The notes beneath the pieces were generated by a model. It was given only the letters and a program-made list of their open reading frames with translations. It was not told where the DNA came from and did no database searches. From positions 133,683 to 197,682 of IMG/VR virus record IMGVR_UViG_3300007735_000926: a stretch of 64,000 bases of DNA; one strand, given 5' to 3'. The translations under genes were made by a program, and so were the position numbers. Positions 54,798 through 64,000 of this stretch are shown in pieces. Position 1 is the first letter of the stretch. Each line of letters starts with the position of its first letter. Source of the stretch: a virus. Lineage: Duplodnaviria; Heunggongvirae; Uroviricota; Caudoviricetes.

Positions 54798-55185
54798 ACA
54801 ACTTAAGCTTTTGCTCTTTGGTCTTAGCCAGCCGCTTAAGCTTGGCTTCTGCCTTTTTCTTTTCTTCCAACTCTTTACGCTTACGTTCTGCTTCCTTTGC
54901 CTTTTTTAAGGCAGCTTCGCGTTTTTCAACGATTTGTTTGATCGCACTTTGAGCGGAAATCTGCTTTTCCTTTTCAATCAAAAAAGCAAATCCGTTGTTA
55001 GCTTTAAGATTTCTATTGAAATCGCGAACAAATTCTTCCAAATCGCCAAATTGAGTTTCATCTACTTCTTCCCATGGAGAGTGATCTTCAACCATGATTC
55101 GGGTAATGTCTAAGTAATCATCACCGTAATTGAACCATATAGTGTCTGCAAATGCTGTCGCAATTATAAGTTTAACTTGTTTCAT
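54745..55185 (-). CDS. coiled-coil Lys/Glu-rich protein
   Basis: C-terminal KEAERKRKELEEKKKAEAKLKRLAK. Confidence 0.4.
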   Translation of the reverse strand: MKQVKLIIATAFADTIWFNYGDDYLDITRIMVEDHSPWEEVDETQFGDLEEFVRDFNRNLKANNGFAFLIEKEKQISAQSAIKQIVEKREAALKKAKEAERKRKELEEKKKAEAKLKRLAKTKEQKLKLFEQLKEELKLDVIKFEE

Positions 55186-55186
55186 A

Positions 55187-55609
55187 TTATTCTTTCCACA
55201 TGTTTAAAGTTTTTAGGAATGCTTCTGCTCTTTGCGATGCAGTTGCTCTAAGCAATACAGCCGAAGTCTCGACATAATCGAGAACCTCAAGACCGACGAT
55301 TTTATACAGAGCTAATGCATAGTCGGTCATCCGCCCAGCGCGTTCTGGAGTCCATTCTAAAATTTTTTCCGCTTCGTGCATCGCGTTCAAATCGTTTAGA
55401 TAGTTGGGAGGCTGCGGGTTCCATGATTCACGGTCGCGTGTAAATGCAAGTCCTTCTTTACTTTGATACCATATTGCAGGAGGTATCCATACTTCCCAAC
55501 TATGTCCTTTTGGTTTGGAATCGAAAAGGTCGCCGCCTCCAACGTTTTGCCATTTAAGTTTCCATCCGCAAACTTTTGCTATGGCTATGTTTTGGTCTTC
55601 GGGTTTCAT
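55187..55609 (-). CDS. hypothetical protein
   Basis: 140 aa. Confidence 0.4.
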   Translation of the reverse strand: MKPEDQNIAIAKVCGWKLKWQNVGGGDLFDSKPKGHSWEVWIPPAIWYQSKEGLAFTRDRESWNPQPPNYLNDLNAMHEAEKILEWTPERAGRMTDYALALYKIVGLEVLDYVETSAVLLRATASQRAEAFLKTLNMWKE

Positions 55610-55610
55610 A

Positions 55611-56087
55611 TTATCCTAACACTTTGAAAAATTCAATGTTCACCGATTGGACTCGTTCAAAGTATCCGTCCCAAGGTGCATATCCGCAACTGTTAGGATG
55701 ATCTCTCCACTCATCGGTCCAACCTTTATCAATCGCCTCTTTAGCATCAACAGCATCATCAGGATTTTCGGTGACAAAAGCAACTGTTACATTTCCATAT
55801 GAACGACCAAAGGTATTCCCGCTTTCATACGTTACCACTACAACATACACGTATTCTGCATCATATGTTGATTGAGGAACGCTAAAAGATTCAAAGTTCC
55901 ACTTATTCAGCAGATCCTTGTTTCGTGAAACTTTTGTTACGCTGGAATCATAGTGGGTTTCCCAACTGCCCCATTCCACATCTTCACGTTCATCACGGGT
56001 GCAGGTTTGATCAATTTCAATGTATAGAGACAATCGCTCATCCACCTTTGGCGGCTCGATCTTCTTTGGCGTTTTAATCTTTTTCAT
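55611..56087 (-). CDS. hypothetical protein
   Basis: 158 aa. Confidence 0.4.
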   Translation of the reverse strand: MKKIKTPKKIEPPKVDERLSLYIEIDQTCTRDEREDVEWGSWETHYDSSVTKVSRNKDLLNKWNFESFSVPQSTYDAEYVYVVVVTYESGNTFGRSYGNVTVAFVTENPDDAVDAKEAIDKGWTDEWRDHPNSCGYAPWDGYFERVQSVNIEFFKVLG

Positions 56088-56584
56088 AGTTCTACAAATT
56101 CTTCTCTGTTTTCATTACAATATTTTGCTTCGTTTTGCTTTTTCTCTAACTCATTAATTTTTGCTTTAACCGCGTCTCCAATCGAATAGTAATGTTTGGT
56201 TTGATCATTGATGAATTTGTCATTTTCATCATAGCATTCTTCATACTTTTCGATTAGGCTCAAAACCTCAAGCATTTCAGACTCTTTGATTCCAATGTAA
56301 TCATCACTTCCATAAACAAAACGTGTGACTTTGCCATAATTGCTTTTTGAAGTTTTAATGATCATTGTGGCATCATCAAGAAAACAATTCGTGAACAATC
56401 TGAAAAGATATTCAACGTTGTCAAGCGTGGTGTTTGTTACACCGAAAAGTTCATAGCAACTCTGAGCGCGTAGGTTCAAAGTGCGATGTAGAACTTCCCA
56501 ATCTTTATGTCTTTCAAGACCGTGTTGCAAAAGCTCAATACGCTCTTGGAAATTTTCAGTAATTCGATCAAGGATGTTTTTCAT
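56084..56584 (-). CDS. hypothetical protein
   Basis: 166 aa. Confidence 0.4.
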   Translation of the reverse strand: MKNILDRITENFQERIELLQHGLERHKDWEVLHRTLNLRAQSCYELFGVTNTTLDNVEYLFRLFTNCFLDDATMIIKTSKSNYGKVTRFVYGSDDYIGIKESEMLEVLSLIEKYEECYDENDKFINDQTKHYYSIGDAVKAKINELEKKQNEAKYCNENREEFVEL

Positions 56585-56601
56585 AGTAGTGGCAAGTAAT
56601 T

Positions 56602-56922
56602 TTATCGTTCAATCAATCCTTCTTCAGTTACTTCTAAAATTGTATATGCTTTTGACCAATCATCAGACATCGTTTTGTGGCGATTTTGAGCTTCCTCTAA
56701 TGTGTCGTAATATTGTATTTTATCTGCTGTCCTGATTTTCTCTACGCCATTTCGAACCACCTTTGACTCTAGCATAGGGAAGCCAGATGTTAAATATCCT
56801 TCGCCATGCTTCTTTTCAAGAAGATATTCATGTGGATTTAAAAATGTCAAACAAAACTTGCCAACTGGATGTTCAATAGTTGGTCGATATTTTCGGTTGG
56901 TATGTTCAATATAGATTTTCAT
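56602..56922 (-). CDS. hypothetical protein
   Basis: 106 aa. Confidence 0.4.
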   Translation of the reverse strand: MKIYIEHTNRKYRPTIEHPVGKFCLTFLNPHEYLLEKKHGEGYLTSGFPMLESKVVRNGVEKIRTADKIQYYDTLEEAQNRHKTMSDDWSKAYTILEVTEEGLIER

Positions 56923-57341
56923 AGTAATGGCAAGTGATCAGTAAGTCCGATAAACTTTTCGTCCCAATTTGGGCCGATTGATAGCGCAGTGAATGTTTTC
57001 ACTCCATTGAATTCGGTCGCTCCATTGTCCTCAACAATATACGAGATCAATCCATTGTCAAGAGCTTTTTGATGAAGTTCATGAAGTTCTTCTTCGCTGT
57101 TGACATAGACACAAATCTTACGAAATGAGTTTTCGAGCCAATGAGTAATTTCCTCAGCTTGTTCGGTGTTGTAGTGTCGAGTCTCAAAAACACCCAATGT
57201 GGTTGAATAGTCATGCGTGTAGCTGGCCCGCATACCTTTGGTAAGAAACGCCATACTTGCATGGGCAACTTGACTACAATATTTTCCAGTTCTAAGATTT
57301 GGAAATTTTCTGACTACAATAACTTGTTTAGTGTTTTTCAT
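56919..57341 (-). CDS. peptidyl-tRNA hydrolase, PTH2 family
   Basis: QVIVVRKFPNLRTGKYCSQVAHASMAF and TFTALSIGP align with PTH2 VVRxDLxMGKGKxAAQCSHAA / TVLGIGP. Confidence 0.6.
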   Translation of the reverse strand: MKNTKQVIVVRKFPNLRTGKYCSQVAHASMAFLTKGMRASYTHDYSTTLGVFETRHYNTEQAEEITHWLENSFRKICVYVNSEEELHELHQKALDNGLISYIVEDNGATEFNGVKTFTALSIGPNWDEKFIGLTDHLPLL

Positions 57342-57559
57342 AACAAAAATTTACCAGTGATGAATTGTATTTGCAATAATAAAGAAGCAGGTTATTACAT
57401 TGATCACCCAAAACACTGTTCGAATAATCGCTGCAAAATCTGCTTCTTTATCGTTTAGGGTCGCCTTTGGACCCATTGCATTAGCCCAAATCCTCCACCA
57501 CCTTCTTACAGAATTTATTACCATTGGTATTCATATTTCGTGCGTTCGTGGTTTAATTA

Positions 57560-57967
57560 TTAACGCAATTTCAAAGTATTTTTGATATTTTGTTCCTGTC
57601 TTGAAAGAACTTCCTCTGGGACATTATGCACATTTTGCCCGCCATGACGATTTTCAAGCACCAGTGAAAAAATCATCATATTCCGTTTTTCACCTTCTCT
57701 GAGATAAAAATTGAAATCAGATTCTTTTGTATTGGTGTTTGCGACCACAATGGTATGAGTCGAAGGATCATCACACAATTTCAAAAATTTTTCTTGACAA
57801 GATTTATGTGCGGCACCCAATTTCGAAGGATCAAAATTATAATTACCATTTTCATCGGTAAAAAAATCATCTGCGCAACAAATTGCTGAACCGGGAGCGA
57901 TAATGTTTGCGAAGGTTGACTTTCCAGCCCCGCTGACTGCTCTCAAAAGGATTAATCGTGTTTGCAT
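57560..57967 (-). CDS. P-loop kinase (AAA_33-like; possible polynucleotide 5'-kinase)
   Basis: Walker A AVSGAGKST; small 135 aa kinase fold similar to Pnk kinase domains. Confidence 0.35.
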   Translation of the reverse strand: MQTRLILLRAVSGAGKSTFANIIAPGSAICCADDFFTDENGNYNFDPSKLGAAHKSCQEKFLKLCDDPSTHTIVVANTNTKESDFNFYLREGEKRNMMIFSLVLENRHGGQNVHNVPEEVLSRQEQNIKNTLKLR

Positions 57968-57981
57968 GGGTGCATTGTATT

Positions 57982-58185
57982 CTAGTTTTTAAAACCATCT
58001 GACAACACTTTGCTGTAGTAATCGGCAATTTCAAAATGGAAATCTTTTTCATTTCTAATCTCACCTTCTTTAAGATGGATGTAAGCATCTGGAAAATCTT
58101 CACCCATGTCTGACCACACTTCGATCACGTTTTCACCTTCCTTCATAATAAAGGAGTAACTACTAATATTACCTGTATATTTCAT
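57982..58185 (-). CDS. hypothetical protein
   Basis: 67 aa. Confidence 0.3.
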   Translation of the reverse strand: MKYTGNISSYSFIMKEGENVIEVWSDMGEDFPDAYIHLKEGEIRNEKDFHFEIADYYSKVLSDGFKN

Positions 58186-58351
58186 TATTTAAATTTTTTG
58201 ATTAAAACATCGTGATAGCCCAAATCTTGCAATTTTCTATGTTCTTCTAAAGCACTATCTAACGTATCAATTTTTTTCTTCAAGAAATGCAGTAATCCAT
58301 CTCTTTCTTTTCGGAACGAAACAATATATTCCCCATAATCGAATTTGTCAT

Positions 58352-59218
58352 TCATAATCTTGTAATCACTTTTTTTAATATTTGTTTGAATCTATAAGAT
58401 ATTCTATCTTTGGGTAGATTTTTCCAATGAGCGATCAGTTCTGCAAACCACTCATCAAAATTAGTAGCAGCATAATCCGATGGTAGACCCATTTTTTCGG
58501 CTAATTGTGAACGCAATTTTTTATTTCTTTTACCTTCTAAATTTTTACGCCTCGTTCTTCTTTCGAAGAATTCGTCTAACATTTTTTTATACTCATTTCT
58601 TAAAAATGGCTCCACTTGCTTCGACATTCTATCGGAAAGAAAGTGTGCATATTCATGAACGAGTATTTCAAGGTTGTCAACATAAAATTGGTCCAGATAA
58701 ATAATCCGGTCTTTGTAAGCTCCCGCTGGCGAATTATTACTCCCAATAATATCGATATTTTTCAACGATGGATTCGTTTTTGTATTGGTCACCACTATTT
58801 TAGGCTTTCTATTAGGAATAAAATCTCGATAGCTGTTAACCAACATTCCAATTATTCTCTTCAATGTTCTACGATTTAATGATTTTTCACTAAAATCTTG
58901 ATCCACGTATTGATCGACAAAGACTTTGATACCGTTTAAATTAAATAAGAAATCACCTTCAGCTTTACTTCTAAAATAATCAGATTTGAGACTCTTTTCA
59001 TATTCTTCTTTTTTCGCATTTCGGAATTTATTGATCAATTCTGAAGGAACTTTTAATTCCTCCATTTTTTTGATTTTATCCGCTTCTTCAGGAGGTAAGT
59101 TTTCCTTTTCCTGCTCGACCCAATCTTTATAATTAGGCACACCAGAATCTTTCAACTCCTGTTTACGAAGTCGATTTCTTTCGCGTCTCTCGAAGAATAT
59201 TTTAAAAGAATCCATCAT
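58352..59218 (-). CDS. HExxH-motif protein (possible metallopeptidase)
   Basis: ILVHEYAHFL. Confidence 0.3.
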   Translation of the reverse strand: MMDSFKIFFERRERNRLRKQELKDSGVPNYKDWVEQEKENLPPEEADKIKKMEELKVPSELINKFRNAKKEEYEKSLKSDYFRSKAEGDFLFNLNGIKVFVDQYVDQDFSEKSLNRRTLKRIIGMLVNSYRDFIPNRKPKIVVTNTKTNPSLKNIDIIGSNNSPAGAYKDRIIYLDQFYVDNLEILVHEYAHFLSDRMSKQVEPFLRNEYKKMLDEFFERRTRRKNLEGKRNKKLRSQLAEKMGLPSDYAATNFDEWFAELIAHWKNLPKDRISYRFKQILKKVITRL

Positions 59219-60303
59219 CCTTGTATGCTTTGTCCCAATGTTGAGACGTTAGCTACTCCATTATTTATCATAACTTGCTCAACGCCAAAAGTCTCTTGGC
59301 CAAGAGCAACAATATTGAAACCTTGCTGCCAGTTAAAAGTTGAACCATATGCAGAATTCAAAGAGCAGAGACAACCACCTTCAAATCCATAGATTTGTTT
59401 CTCTGGTCTGCTACCAACAGCGGGAATGCGTTGGCAAGTGCTACCGATGCGATGAGTGTGGCCATGTAAAATAGAAGCACCCCATTTATCGATTTCACCA
59501 CGAGCAGAATATCCACCATGCTTACGAACAGTAGTTCCGTGTGTTACGATCAATCCATTCAAATCAACATAATCAACATGTTCGACTTGATGTTGATAAT
59601 CACCCATGAATACATTTTGATAGCTCAATTTGTCAGTTATCTCTGGAAGACAACCAAGTTCACCTAAACGATCAGACAAGTAACGTCTCCATCTACCACC
59701 AATCGATTGACCACTATGATTGGAAACGGTTTCGTAAATTTTTGCACCATTGGAAACAGAAATCAGATCATCTAAAAATTGATGATATGCCTTTCTCTCA
59801 TCAAGAAGACTCCAATGCTTTTTAATATCCTTTGGATACTTTGAAATGGCAAGCATGTCCATCGTGTCACCATTTAAAACAATCGTTTTTGGTTGAAGTT
59901 CAACAATCGTTTGAAGAAAAATATTAATCGAAGCTTCATCATGACAACCAAAATGGAAATCCGATCCGACCACTGCATAATCAGTCAACCCATAAGAAAC
60001 GGAATTATTATTCAAACCATTGACATTGATTGGTGCCAATTGTTCCAAAAATGCAAAGACTTCATCTTCCGTCTTCTTGAATTTTTGCGGCTTCTGCCTC
60101 TGCATTGTTTCGATTACGTAGCCTTCCTTATACTCATCGTAAGGTGTGAGGGGACTCTGTGTTTCTTCTTCTACATTTTCATCGAAATGCTTTTTCAACC
60201 ATCCTTGAGCGGTCGATTTAGGAACACCGTATGTATCGTAAATTGCTGAAAATGTCCAACCTTTATTGATACGCGCATCAATCACTTCTTGTTTGATATC
60301 CAT
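59215..60303 (-). CDS. calcineurin-like metallophosphoesterase with N-terminal HTH
   Basis: GSDFHFG, NGDTMD, THGT, GHTHR motifs. Confidence 0.5.
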   Translation of the reverse strand: MDIKQEVIDARINKGWTFSAIYDTYGVPKSTAQGWLKKHFDENVEEETQSPLTPYDEYKEGYVIETMQRQKPQKFKKTEDEVFAFLEQLAPINVNGLNNNSVSYGLTDYAVVGSDFHFGCHDEASINIFLQTIVELQPKTIVLNGDTMDMLAISKYPKDIKKHWSLLDERKAYHQFLDDLISVSNGAKIYETVSNHSGQSIGGRWRRYLSDRLGELGCLPEITDKLSYQNVFMGDYQHQVEHVDYVDLNGLIVTHGTTVRKHGGYSARGEIDKWGASILHGHTHRIGSTCQRIPAVGSRPEKQIYGFEGGCLCSLNSAYGSTFNWQQGFNIVALGQETFGVEQVMINNGVANVSTLGQSIQG

Positions 60304-60331
60304 TTTTTTATTTGTTGTTTTCTTATTTTAT

Positions 60332-61306
60332 TTAAGCCTTCGTGTATTTATTTCTATAGAATTCTACAGTCTCTTCCAAAGCTTCATTGTGATCCCTCAA
60401 TTCAAATGGTATAAAAGATTCTATGGCATAACGGAAATCATGTCCCTTCCTATCTTCAACAAATTTAATTTCAGGTTCGACTCCCAATATATTACCAATA
60501 TCTTTGATCATGTCAAGGTTCGTCTTTTCAATTCCTGTTCCAATATTTTCAGATTTACCAAAAAGCGAGAAACCGGAATCTGCGATATCTAAAATCCATC
60601 TATTATGGTCATTCACATGAATCCATTCTCGAATGTTCAGCCCTGTGCCATACACTGGAATTGGTTCATTCCTGACGATGGATCGAATCACAGTAGGGAT
60701 GAATTTTTCATCTGCTTGATGCTTTCCAAAATTATTACAACAATGAGTAGTGATGATATCCAACCCATACGTTGATACATAAGAATTGGCAATCAGGTCA
60801 GCAGATGCCTTGGAGGCTGAATACGGACTTCTGGGATTGAATGGTGAAGAAGCATCAAATGCTGGTTCATCTTTATTCAAGAGATGTCCAAACACTTCGT
60901 CTGTTGAAATGTTGATAACTTTTGCCTGTGGTTGATAATTTCTAACCCATTCCAATAATGAGACCATACCCATCACATTATTCTCAATAAATTGAGATGG
61001 ACCCGAAATACTACGATCAACGTGTGATTCAGCGGCGAAATGAAAGATGTAATCGAAATATATATGTCCATGTGTATTGACCAAATAATTCATATTCCTA
61101 ATATCACATTTCAGATGTGTATATTTATTTTTATCACTATTGGGAATTTCTGAAATAAATCTACTTCCGATACCCATTTTATCCATATTGATTATCGTGA
61201 CATTTTCATATTCCTTTGAAATCAATTCAATAAAATTACTACCAATGAATCCACATCCACCAGTAACTAATACATTGCAGTTTGTTAAATCAACCATAAT
61301 TTCCAT
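60332..61306 (-). CDS. rfbB: dTDP-glucose 4,6-dehydratase / NAD-dependent sugar epimerase-dehydratase (SDR family)
   Basis: VLVTGGCGFIGSNF Rossmann motif, catalytic YSASKASAD (YxxxK), overall RmlB-like. Confidence 0.55.
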   Translation of the reverse strand: MEIMVDLTNCNVLVTGGCGFIGSNFIELISKEYENVTIINMDKMGIGSRFISEIPNSDKNKYTHLKCDIRNMNYLVNTHGHIYFDYIFHFAAESHVDRSISGPSQFIENNVMGMVSLLEWVRNYQPQAKVINISTDEVFGHLLNKDEPAFDASSPFNPRSPYSASKASADLIANSYVSTYGLDIITTHCCNNFGKHQADEKFIPTVIRSIVRNEPIPVYGTGLNIREWIHVNDHNRWILDIADSGFSLFGKSENIGTGIEKTNLDMIKDIGNILGVEPEIKFVEDRKGHDFRYAIESFIPFELRDHNEALEETVEFYRNKYTKA

Positions 61307-61349
61307 TATTTTAACGTTGAATTGCAGAATGTCAATATTAAATATCAAT

Positions 61350-61811
61350 ATGGATTACGACGAAGATGACGATTTTTTAGATGCTGAAGTGGATGATATT
61401 ATTTCGCAAATAAAAAATCAATCAAAAATCACTAGACAAAATACAAACGAACAGCCAAATCTTAAAAAAGAAGATCTGGAAGAATTCGTTATTACTAATG
61501 CTGGCAAAGTCGTGAATCATTCTTTGGAAATGGTCGAGAATATTAAAACGGAAGTTCTAGCAGGTGCAGATTCCAAATTGATTGAATCAGTTTCCGAATT
61601 GGTGAAAGCTACAACAGCAGCGATTGATGCTCTATCCAAATTAAAAATATCTGAAGATAAAATCAAAGCTCAGAAAGAAATTGCTCAGATGAATATTCAA
61701 GCTAAGATAATCAAAAATGAAGAGGATGATAAACCAAAGTTGACATTCACTCGTAACGATATTATTAAATTATTGTCACAGAAAGACGAACAACCAGTGG
61801 TGGATGTTTAA
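61350..61811 (+). CDS. acidic hypothetical protein (plus strand)
   Basis: MDYDEDDDFLDAEVDD...; divergent from rfbB across ~45 bp. Confidence 0.4.
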   Translation: MDYDEDDDFLDAEVDDIISQIKNQSKITRQNTNEQPNLKKEDLEEFVITNAGKVVNHSLEMVENIKTEVLAGADSKLIESVSELVKATTAAIDALSKLKISEDKIKAQKEIAQMNIQAKIIKNEEDDKPKLTFTRNDIIKLLSQKDEQPVVDV

Positions 61812-62719
61812 TTGCCCAATTGACCATCTACAGTGTGTAATTGATATTCCTCGTTCTTATCGGGTTTTTGAATTTTAAGAACACTTTCTCTGTTATCAAA
61901 TATATCTCCGAAAATATCCTCTTCAAAGATTTCTGATTTGTCACCTTCTATCAATTCCTTTTTAAAGATATAATTTGACGACGTTGCATTGTTCTTTTCC
62001 GAATCAAATGGAGAGAAATCTTTTTTATCTCGGAAAATTCGGAAATGCTCATCACCAATCAATTCTTTAACTTTATCAAAAATCTGTGATCTGATATCGC
62101 TCATTTTTACACGATAATAAGAATCCTTCACGTTAATCGTTCCGTGGGATTTTTGTTGCCATTCTCCTGTTTTTTCCAATGAATATCTTTTCTGTGGTGC
62201 TTTATCAATAATCGGTAAAGTGTTATCATTGGAAATACTAGCATTCAATGATGAACGGAACATTTTCTCCACTTCTTTGTTGGATGATACTATCATATTT
62301 TGTATGAACAATGGAGATTTATTGTATATGTCTACTGGTATATCCAAAGGATATGTATCATCTTGATAAAATGTCGTATTGTGTCTCGTTACTTCATTAT
62401 TTCCGTTATTTCCAAAAATATCAGGAATAGCAGTAAAATATTTTTTATTTTCTGCTAATTTTTTGGCATACGTTGCCAATGGCCCATTTGATAGCTGTTT
62501 GACATAATAGGTGATATCCCAAGGTTCCAAATCCTTGCCATCCACATCCAACTTATTGATAAATTTTTCTAATTGATTGAGTCCCAATTCATAGATTTTT
62601 TTAAATTCTATCATGAACTCAATTTCCGCTTTGGAAAATTGGTCATCAATATTTTTATAATTTACCAAATCTTCTTTGGTAAAACATATGGATCGGAGGA
62701 TTTCGATTTTATTTCTCAT
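61808..62719 (-). CDS. hypothetical protein
   Basis: 303 aa. Confidence 0.45.
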   Translation of the reverse strand: MRNKIEILRSICFTKEDLVNYKNIDDQFSKAEIEFMIEFKKIYELGLNQLEKFINKLDVDGKDLEPWDITYYVKQLSNGPLATYAKKLAENKKYFTAIPDIFGNNGNNEVTRHNTTFYQDDTYPLDIPVDIYNKSPLFIQNMIVSSNKEVEKMFRSSLNASISNDNTLPIIDKAPQKRYSLEKTGEWQQKSHGTINVKDSYYRVKMSDIRSQIFDKVKELIGDEHFRIFRDKKDFSPFDSEKNNATSSNYIFKKELIEGDKSEIFEEDIFGDIFDNRESVLKIQKPDKNEEYQLHTVDGQLGN

Positions 62720-63915
62720 TCTACGTCATTTTTTATCTTGCTACTGTTGCCAACATAAGTTTTACAGCATTTGAATTCGTTGGTGTAAGTGTCTCGGGAG
62801 AAGATGTGTCGCACTTCTGTTATGAACCATCTACCATACATTTTTGTATCACCTTTTTGCTTCACTTCACCAATTTTAACAATATCTAAAAATTTACCAG
62901 ATTCTCTTCCTGTGAAACCTAAATTACTGAAAACGCAATTTAAATTATAAAATGTCAATAAATTACACATTTCCGCTTCCACTATTTTCACAGTATCTTC
63001 AATATTATATGGACTTTTATAATGTCTAAATTTTTGTTTTGTGTTTATATTTTTCACGACAAATGATTTTGGATTCCCGGCTAGAGTAGTAAAAACATCG
63101 ACAAATTTTGTTTTCCATTTTTTCTCTATATCATCTAATTTTAGAACTTTCATTTTATGAACTCCTAAAAATTTATCATATCCATGAACAATCGAATTAA
63201 CAAAGAAATCATTATTCCATTCATACAATGGAGTGCTATAAGCGAAATTTTTCAGGCTGCTCGAAAATCTACTGACTTTCGCATCAGGTGGTGGGTTATT
63301 TTCATTTTCTGCTACACTTTTATCTGATAAATCAGCGGTTGTGAAAGCATCTATAACGTTTTTCTTATTTTCAGAGAAAATTTTAGATATATAGGTCATT
63401 TGATATTTTCCTATTTTTTTATCTTTCATTATAAGTGCTTTCACGTATAATTCCCCATCTTTACCATAGAAAAATTTCAATAAATGATACAATAAATCAA
63501 TATACCTATATGAAATCGGTGGATTGTATGTGAAATCGAAATCGCCGCTTTCCCAATTTTTAGTATCGACTTTTTCTTCCCCTAATAATTCAATAAATAT
63601 ATCTTTCAAGATATCTCCTATTTTACCACTAAATGTTTTGTTGTATGGAATGGTGTCCATAAATGGCAACATATCTTTATGAACTATCTTGAATTTTTTA
63701 ATATTTTCAGAACGGACTTCAGCATCACCTGTATTATTTTCCTGAATAAGAATAAATTCTTCTTCTATTTTTTCATCCAAGTCTTTTGGTTTGAGAAATA
63801 TTTTAACTTCATCTCTACCATCGCCCCTTAATAAGTATTTTTCCTCAAACAGATCATATGGGTTTGCAATCGCAATAGTTCCGCTTAAAAAAGGATTATA
63901 AATACTGTCAACCAA
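62716..63915 (-). CDS. hypothetical protein (TTG start per track)
   Basis: 399 aa. Confidence 0.4.
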   Translation of the reverse strand: MVDSIYNPFLSGTIAIANPYDLFEEKYLLRGDGRDEVKIFLKPKDLDEKIEEEFILIQENNTGDAEVRSENIKKFKIVHKDMLPFMDTIPYNKTFSGKIGDILKDIFIELLGEEKVDTKNWESGDFDFTYNPPISYRYIDLLYHLLKFFYGKDGELYVKALIMKDKKIGKYQMTYISKIFSENKKNVIDAFTTADLSDKSVAENENNPPPDAKVSRFSSSLKNFAYSTPLYEWNNDFFVNSIVHGYDKFLGVHKMKVLKLDDIEKKWKTKFVDVFTTLAGNPKSFVVKNINTKQKFRHYKSPYNIEDTVKIVEAEMCNLLTFYNLNCVFSNLGFTGRESGKFLDIVKIGEVKQKGDTKMYGRWFITEVRHIFSRDTYTNEFKCCKTYVGNSSKIKNDVE

Positions 63916-63927
63916 AGTGAAACCTCT

Positions 63928-64000
63928 TACGGCTGAACTAGCATATTTTTGTTCATCGCCATCAGAATTTTTGAATATGTAATCATATTCAAATTCAACA
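63928..64000 (-). CDS. C-terminal end of a gene continuing beyond window
   Basis: Open minus-strand frame ending TAA at 63928-63930. Confidence 0.25.

Noticed and set aside
1-64000. CRISPR arrays, rRNA, integrase/attachment sites, transposases
   Set aside because: No regularly spaced short repeats, no rRNA-like segments and no recombinase-like ORFs were found. The only mobile elements are homing endonuclease genes.

Overview
The window is an AT-rich, densely packed stretch of what looks like a large virulent phage genome, probably from an accessory or early region; the host is not identified. More than 120 ORFs are called, almost all on the minus strand, with intergenic spacers of only about 20-30 nt. 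Most junctions carry one conserved motif, minus-strand sense TAAAAACTA[C/G][A/G]A[T/C]ACAAT about 8-12 nt upstream of ATG. No Shine-Dalgarno sequences are evident.

Genes I can recognise:
- a cluster of 5 tRNA genes at 7624-8153, two of them atypical;
- an RNA repair and translation set: a T4 Rnl1-like RNA ligase, an Rnl2-type ligase fused to an N-terminal tRNA-binding OB domain, a histidine phosphatase, a P-loop kinase and PTH2-type peptidyl-tRNA hydrolases;
- NAD and PRPP metabolism: NadV (NAMPT) split into two ORFs by an HNH homing endonuclease on the opposite strand, plus PRPP synthetase;
- other enzymes: UvdE flanked by two LAGLIDADG homing endonucleases, a GIY-YIG endonuclease, thioredoxin, GatB/YqeY, three calcineurin-like phosphoesterases, a HAD/NIF phosphatase and dTDP-glucose 4,6-dehydratase;
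- a membrane-associated module: a PspA/Vipp1 (IM30) homolog bracketed by two short YD-repeat paralogs and a Ser-rich secreted membrane protein, plus a separate SPFH/band-7 protein.

Other notable structure: four tandem YopX paralogs, a duplicated paralog pair bracketing two minimal nucleotidyltransferases, iteron-like direct repeats, GC-rich hairpin terminators, and two candidate structured noncoding regions.

No CRISPR array, rRNA or integrase was seen. Function calls rest on motif and family recognition by eye, so they need HMM or BLAST confirmation.
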